Shown here: piece by piece, positions 56,781 to 64,000 of the stretch | How positions within the stretch are numbered: the stretch's first letter is position 1 | Layout of the letters: the number at the start of each line of letters is the position of its first letter | Assembly: GCF_009914755.1 (NCBI RefSeq) | Contig: NC_060932.1 | Strand: one strand, 5' to 3' | Origin: the human T2T-CHM13v2.0 reference genome, Homo sapiens | DNA length: 64,000 nt | Notes under the pieces: model-generated | Told to the model about the DNA's origin: nothing | Seen by the model: the letters and a program-made list of their open reading frames with translations, nothing else | Databases searched by the model: none | Position numbers and translations under genes: made by a program

Positions 56781-58906
56781 AATTTTTGTTGGTGTGGGGC
56801 AGGTTTGCACATTCAGGTTCATGGGTTATTGGAATGAGGCATGAAGGGGCCTGCTATGTTCCCAGGGCCTGCTAGCTCTGTGCCAATTGCTTTTGGTTTT
56901 GTAGAAATGATTTCATTCCTTCTTCCCTGAAGCCATCCTGATTTGAGGTCATAGTCTATGGGGGTGCCATGTGGATTTATACTGCAACTCTTGTTTTTAC
57001 TAGCTCTGTGACCTCAGAAAGGCCACCCCCCCTTCCCTGTGCCTCTGTTTCCATCTCCTCTGTAACATGGGGATAATAATACTAGTTTCCTTATAAGTCT
57101 GTTGTGAGCATTAACTCTTGGGATTATGCCTGTTGAATAGTTAGGGTTCCACAAATAAGTCTTGCTTAATGGTGTTGTTATCATTGTAATAGCTGCATGT
57201 GTGTGAGTGTATAAATGTATGTAAGATATTTTTCCTGTTTTTTTTTTCCCCCTGGCAGAGTTAGCCACTTCTTCCTATGTGTAAGCATATCATCACTTTC
57301 TATTTCTATTATGGAATTGTAATGTGTTTTTGTGTCCCTAACCTGATATATTCATTCCACAAATGTTTATTGAACACTTGCTGAATGCTGAGGAATGGAC
57401 AAGAGAGACGCAATCTCTGCCTCTTGAGCCATTTGAACTTTGAAGAGGACAGATGATGACAAGAGGAAGTGGAAATAGGCTAGGATGCTACGGAGACTAG
57501 AACAAATGGTCCTTATTCGTACCTTGCTGTGGGGGAGACTCTCCTGACAGAGTTAGTTGTGTCACCTGCATTCTTTCTTTCCCTTCCACATATAGTGTCC
57601 TGGGACTTACTGTGATTACTTATCTCTCTATCCCTCAACAGTAAGTCCTAATCATTGGGGCTAGGAAATGTGCCTTGTCAAATGAATTAATGAATGAATC
57701 ACGCTGGACCAAAATGAACAAAAAGTTATTTTTTTGACTCAATTTAGCTTAAACATCACATCCTGAGATGCTGTGTTAAATCCTGGAGTCACAAAAGACC
57801 TTTACAGAAATCTTTACAGATTTCTGGGAACTATAGACACGTATATGAGGATAGGTTTGGACCATTGTAGCTGCTGTAATAGCTGTTGTTCTGGTGAGCA
57901 GTGGGGACCCAAGTGTTAGTAGGCCCTGCAATAAACATGTATGGGCCTGAGATAAATGGGTCAGTGTCTCTCACGAAGCTCTGTTTCGTCAAGGTGAGGG
58001 AATGTGTCTTTTTTGCATTTATTCCCTCCCAGGGTTTAGGTCACTGCCTGACACATGGCAGGTGCACAGTGGATACACAGAGAGTGGCCAGACAGACGAC
58101 ATAGCTTTTCTCTGGGAATTTATCCTCATCTCTACAAGGGGGGTTAGCCAGTATTTTGAGGGTCTCCCTCAATGCTCACATTCTAGAATCCTGTGATGGG
58201 TGCTGAAACAACGCTCCCTCATTGGAGCTGCTTGAGAAGGTCATTCATTATTTTGTGACATCTTCAGACTCTCATCATTGCTAGAAGCTGACTAATTATG
58301 AGAAGAGAAGTGAAGGCCTTGAAATGCCTCTCTCTGCACATCTGGCCTCACTGTCAAATAAAGTACTTATTTCTGATAAGCTCTTTGGCTTCTGTGAAGC
58401 CGCCTGGCCGTGTCTGGCCGTGGGCGGTGCTGATAATGAACCGAACAGAGAACACAGACTTGGCGGGGAAGGTGGGGACCCAGTGGGTAGAAAGAATGGG
58501 CTTTTTAGACCATTTCAAAGTAACAAGAAAGCTTTGAGAGTGCTTAGTGATGTCTGCTACCACATTCATTTCCTCTGTTTCCATTGAAATTGAAGTTCTA
58601 GATGGACTGAACCTGACTAAGAAAAGGGAATGTGGACAGGAAAGCTAATGACAAATGCAACTGGCTTATTTCTGGAGTGCTTTGTACTCTCAGAGTCTTG
58701 TGCCCTGAACTTTCTTCATCTGGACTCTAGGGGCACTTAAGCAATTAGCATGCCACAAGCTGGGTGCTGTGGAAAGATCATAGACTTTAGAAACTGTCCA
58801 AGAAACTAGTGGGACTCCACACCTTGTGAGTTGTGTATCCTTGTCAAGTTTAATTTACCATGTTGAGCCTCAGTTTCCTCACCTAAGAGAAAGAAAAGAG
58901 AAATAG

Positions 58907-59241
<335 letters not shown>

Positions 59242-59346
59242 GAGAAGTGATTGTTTAGTTAGAGTAACTCTAGATGACATAACAAATAAACCTCAGTATT
59301 TTAGTAGCTCAAAGACACCTCTTTCTAAGTCAGATAATAGTTTGAA

Positions 59347-59752
<406 letters not shown>

Positions 59753-59887
59753 TTACTCCAACTGGCAGCGGAGATGAAGGACAGGAGAGAAGGCACACCA
59801 CTTCTTAAACACGTCTTCTGGAAGTAGGCTACAATCATTTCACTTGCCAGGGATAAGTTCTAGACGAGCTTTAGAAGGGGGATGGTC

Positions 59888-60143
59888 TTTGGGAAGCCAA
59901 GGTGGGAGGATTGCTTCATCTCAGGAGTTGGAGATCAGCCTGGGCAACATAGCGAAACCCTGTCTCTATAAAAAATACAAAAATTAGCCACGTGTGGTGG
60001 CACATGCCTGTGGTCTCAGCTACTTAAGAGACTGAATAGGAGGATCACCAGAATCTGGGAGGTGGAGATTGCGGTGAACCAAGATCACACCATTGCACTC
60101 CAGCCTGGGCAACAGACCAAGACCCTGTCTCAAAAAAAAAAAA
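59888..60143 (+). mobile_element. AluJ-like, 5'-truncated
   Basis: Starts at TTTGGGAAGCCAAGG; GGAGGATTGCTT is AluJ-type. Confidence 0.85.
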
Positions 60144-60766
60144 AGGGGGCGAGGATGGTAACCATTCTCTGCCATAAATACCTTAGTGTTGCTCAAGAAT
60201 AAGTGAGGTTGGGTTTGTGAACCTACCCTTGCATAACATGTGTCACCAACTATGGCCTTACTTATTTGTGGATTGTTTGTAGGTACACATGGCCTCACAG
60301 GACCATTCGTGTGGTCCTGAAATTAATGTATCCCTTTGGAAATATGTGGTAGACATCTCTCTGTGTTATTAAGGATAGATCTCCACCATGAATGGAATGG
60401 CTAATGCTTACAGCTGGATCATGATTTACATTAACTCCTCCCTTGCTGGTATCTTATAGATTGTCTTTGGTTTTGTTTTCACTACAAAGGAGACAGCACG
60501 AATTCTCCTACAGGCTCACCACACAACTGGTGCTGTGAGGGAGACGAAGATGAGTCATGCCTGTACTGCTCTTTAAACACTCACAATTGAATAAGCTACC
60601 CAGGTGACACGACATGGTTATCCTGGCCAGAAAGCCATGGCTTTTCCTAATCAGAGCTTCAGTGCTGTGGAAACTTGAAGTTTGGAGGGTCTGATGTCTC
60701 AGTCTGGATGAGGATGAGTTCCCTGCCATTCCTGGGTTAGCAGCTCCCATCCTCTTAGATTCCAAG

Positions 60767-60889
60767 ATGGTGGCTCATGCCTGTAATCCCAGCACTTTGG
60801 GAGGCCAAGGTAAGAGTATGGCTTGAGCCCAGGAGTTCAAGGCAAAACTGGGAAACACAGCAAGACCCTGTCTCAAAAGAAAAAGAAAA
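60767..60889 (+). mobile_element. FLAM/Alu monomer
   Basis: Single arm; TTCCAAGATGGTG occurs at both ends. Confidence 0.82.
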
Positions 60890-61291
60890 GTTTCCAAGAT
60901 GGTGTAGAACATCAGAGAGGGGGTCTTGGAGATTATCTGGCCATCGTCACCCCACCTGCTTATAGATGGAAATGCATAGACTCAGAGAGGTTGGGGGACA
61001 TATGGGCAGCTATAGAAATCCAGTGGACCTCAAATCCCGACATTTCTAACCTGAATTAAATTCTCTCACCCTTGTATGGAGGTCCTAGAGTCCTATTTTC
61101 CAAACTTTGCCTCTGAATGTCTCCATGTCAAAGGGTTTCTCAGTGTGCCAGAGGGCAATGGAGAATGGAGCAGAAATGACCACAGAAGAACAGGTGGGAA
61201 GATTCCTGCAACAGCAAAAATTCTGCTGCCCGGTTCCTGAGACATGAAGAATGTGTTGTCTACACAACTACATGGCCAGCTGCCTCCTTAA

Positions 61292-61591
61292 TTTTTTCAT
61301 TTTGTTTTGTTTCTGAGACAGAGTCTTGCTCTGTAGCCCAGGCTGGAGTGCAGTGAGCTCACTGCAGCCTCAACCTCCTAGGTTCAAGTGATCCTCCCAC
61401 CTCAGCCTCCCAAGCAGCTGGGACTATAAGTGCATGCCACCAAGCGCTATTTTTTTTTTTTTTTAATTTTTTTAGAGGCAGGGATCTTGCTATGTTGCCA
61501 GGGCTGGTCTCAAACTCCTGGGCTCAAGTTATCCTCCTGCCTCGGCCTCCCAAAGTGCTGGAATTATAGGCGTGAGCCATCATGCCCAGCC
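61292..61591 (-). mobile_element. AluJ-like
   Basis: Antisense dimer; CTCCTT(T)AATTTTTT on both flanks. Confidence 0.88.
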
Positions 61592-64000
61592 CTCCTTAAT
61601 TTTTTAACATGAATTAATAGGACCTGGACACACACAGCCTCATTTATATCGGCAGCCATCACAGCCTGCCACATGTCAGATGAGGTCTCTGGGGCTCTCA
61701 CTCCTTGCGTCGGGGGTGATGCCACATGTGGCCCAGCTGTAGGTCACATTCAGCTCCTGTGTTCACCAGGATCAGATGGAATGCCAGCACATCTTACCCT
61801 CCTGCGCCCTGGGAGTTTGTAATAATCTACGAATACGTAGATTTATTTCAGAGAACATTTTCCGAATCCTGTTGCGCATACGCACAAAAATATTGGCTGC
61901 AGTGTGTTTATAACCATGAAAATTCCAAAATAGCTTCAATCTCCTGTGAGAGGGGAGTGGTGGAAGGCCCTCCAGCACGTGCACAGAATTCTTTCTTCAG
62001 CCATGTAAACATGAAAATAAGGGTTAAAAATGACTTCATTATGGGGAAAAGGGACAGGATGCAAATTGTTCAAATGGCATGATGATATTATAAGGAAAGA
62101 AAAAGATGTTATAAAAGGTCACATAAAGTCACCCACAGGTCAGCAGTCATGTCATGATTAGCTGCTCTGTGCCAGACACAGGCTGGAAATTGGTAGATGC
62201 TCTCCCCAGGAAGTGGGCAGCAGCCCCTTTGTGCCTCTGTCACCTCTGTTAGGCTCCTGGAAGCCCCCTTCATTGCTGCATGTAATGACATCTTCGTCAC
62301 CACATGTAACAGCTTCTTTACCACTATGTGTAATGCCATTCTGTGTGCTTATTGGGCTAAACAATCACAGAGGAAAAGAGTGCTGGAGAAATGCCAGGGA
62401 GATAGGTACCGAAACGTTCCAGATGGAAAGTCTCGTCTTCAGGTGGCCGTAGCAGTAAATGTCAGGGTCAAACAGGGGGTGTATTCTTGGGAGAGCTTCA
62501 GCTCGTCTGTGACCTAGTGTCCAGCCAGCTTCCTGGGAAGGAGGCTGCATCCTGACATTGAAGCCCTGTGTGCTAGGATGAGTGTGTTACGCAGAGCCTT
62601 ACAAATGAGAAAATCTTGCGTCCTCAGGACAGTGTTGCTGTCTGGAATACACTGGCTACCTCCCTCCTCCCCCCACCACTTAAAATTCCCTGAATCCGAC
62701 AGTGGTGGGGAAAGGGCTGATCCTGGAGAAGATTGTTCCTTGATAATCCTAGTATGATTCATAATGGTTGCAGCAGATGAGCCGCGAGGTTTGTGGCTCA
62801 GTCTGCAGCTAAGGAAGGCTCTTCCCTGGGGAGGTGTGTCCAGCTTCCCGGAAAGACCTCAGCTGTCTAGCTGGTCTGGGCTGCCCAGTTCTTAGCAGTG
62901 CATCAGCAATGAGCAGCCGCTGACCATCAGGCAGCGTTTCCCGCCTGCCAGAGAACATCAGAGCCACTGCGTCTGGACCAGCTGAAGGCAGCCACGGTGC
63001 CCAGGATGCTGCTGCTGCCTCCAAGGAAAAGAACTCTGAAAATGAGGAATTACAGCCTGGTGGTTTTGTTTTATGTTAATTTTTTACATCTGGGAGATAA
63101 TGGAAAAAATTAAAAATTGCTATAATTGCACCAATCTTAAAAATTAATAATATAAAGACGGGAAAGTAACCAACACAAGCTTGAAACCCATCCCGCCCCT
63201 TCTTGAGATAATCCCTGTTGTCAGTTTGGTAATTTATGCAAATGTAGTGGTGCACTGTTAAACTTCTCAAGAGGAGAAACAAAAACCCTGAATTGTAGGT
63301 TTGTCAATTTCAATGGTGAAATCCCACCGCAGCCAATTTCAGGCAACCAAAGCTTTAAAAACGAGTTCGCAAATTTCTTGAATATTTAACAATCAGCTTT
63401 TGCAAGTGCATACATGCTCACAACGTTTGCTTTTTTGTACTTTGTTTTGAGGGAGGCAGGAAATGGAAACTTGCAATGGTATTGATAAGTGTGCCATTTT
63501 TATTTACGGTATCACGGATGTCTTCCTAGACCAGCATGTGCAGATTCACTTAGCTTCTCTCACTTGTGGGATGGGGTTTCCATGAAGGCTCACTGTGTTG
63601 CTTCTGGAAAGGCAGAATCGGCCCCCCAGGAGACAGGAATGGCAGCAGCTTGGCACTCGGAGGCTAGCTCCTGCAATGCTGTGCACTTGCAGTGGACAAA
63701 AAAGTAAACTTTGGTGTTTACTTGGAGTTCACTCTAGCTTTGGTTTCTTCTAAATATGTTCTTCCAATGACCTGTAGCCTAATCAACTCTGCTGGCAACA
63801 CATCCCTTTGCTCTGCTCAATTCCAGGTTCCATCAGAGAATCTCATTTTTCTTTTGGGAAATGTTTCCTGATTTTCGTCTTTTCCACCACCCCTCACTGA
63901 GGCTGGGTAAAGTCCTTCTTCTCCATGATGTTTAGAACCCAGGCCTCTTTCTGTGGCAGGGCTCTCTACCCCTTATGATTTATTGTGTGATGTCTCAACC

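Overview
Human (primate) genomic DNA from inside the PVT1 long non-coding RNA gene at 8q24.21, downstream of MYC, with PVT1 on the + strand. The identification rests on my recall of known sequences: the MIR1205 hairpin (4490-4552), the MIR1206 hairpin (52749-52807) and two consecutive PVT1 exons (27761-28061, an exonised antisense Alu, and 32999-33128), each exon with canonical splice sites. The window also holds a full-length U1 snRNA retrocopy (42972-43135), two more well-formed exons (53441-53569, 54169-54295), about 35 Alu/FLAM copies, MLT1/MLT2/LTR33 solo LTRs, MER3/5/30/58 DNA-transposon relics, old L1/L2/MIR fragments and long pyrimidine simple repeats. I find no credible protein-coding gene; the ORF track is explained by Alu, simple-repeat or chance ORFs. 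I do not see a wholly new biological system. The best leads are regulatory and RNA-level: a dense GATA cluster wrapped around MIR1205 with nearby splice signals that could define an enhancer-initiated isoform, a perfect 19-bp duplication of a TEAD+GATA module beside a TEAD/FOX/ETS/AP-1 core, a 113-codon ORF that exists only after splicing, a U1 retrocopy carrying 37 nt of non-U1 sequence inside its target-site duplication, and a cluster of 3' splice sites near 40 kb. Repeat subfamilies and boundaries were called by eye and are approximate.
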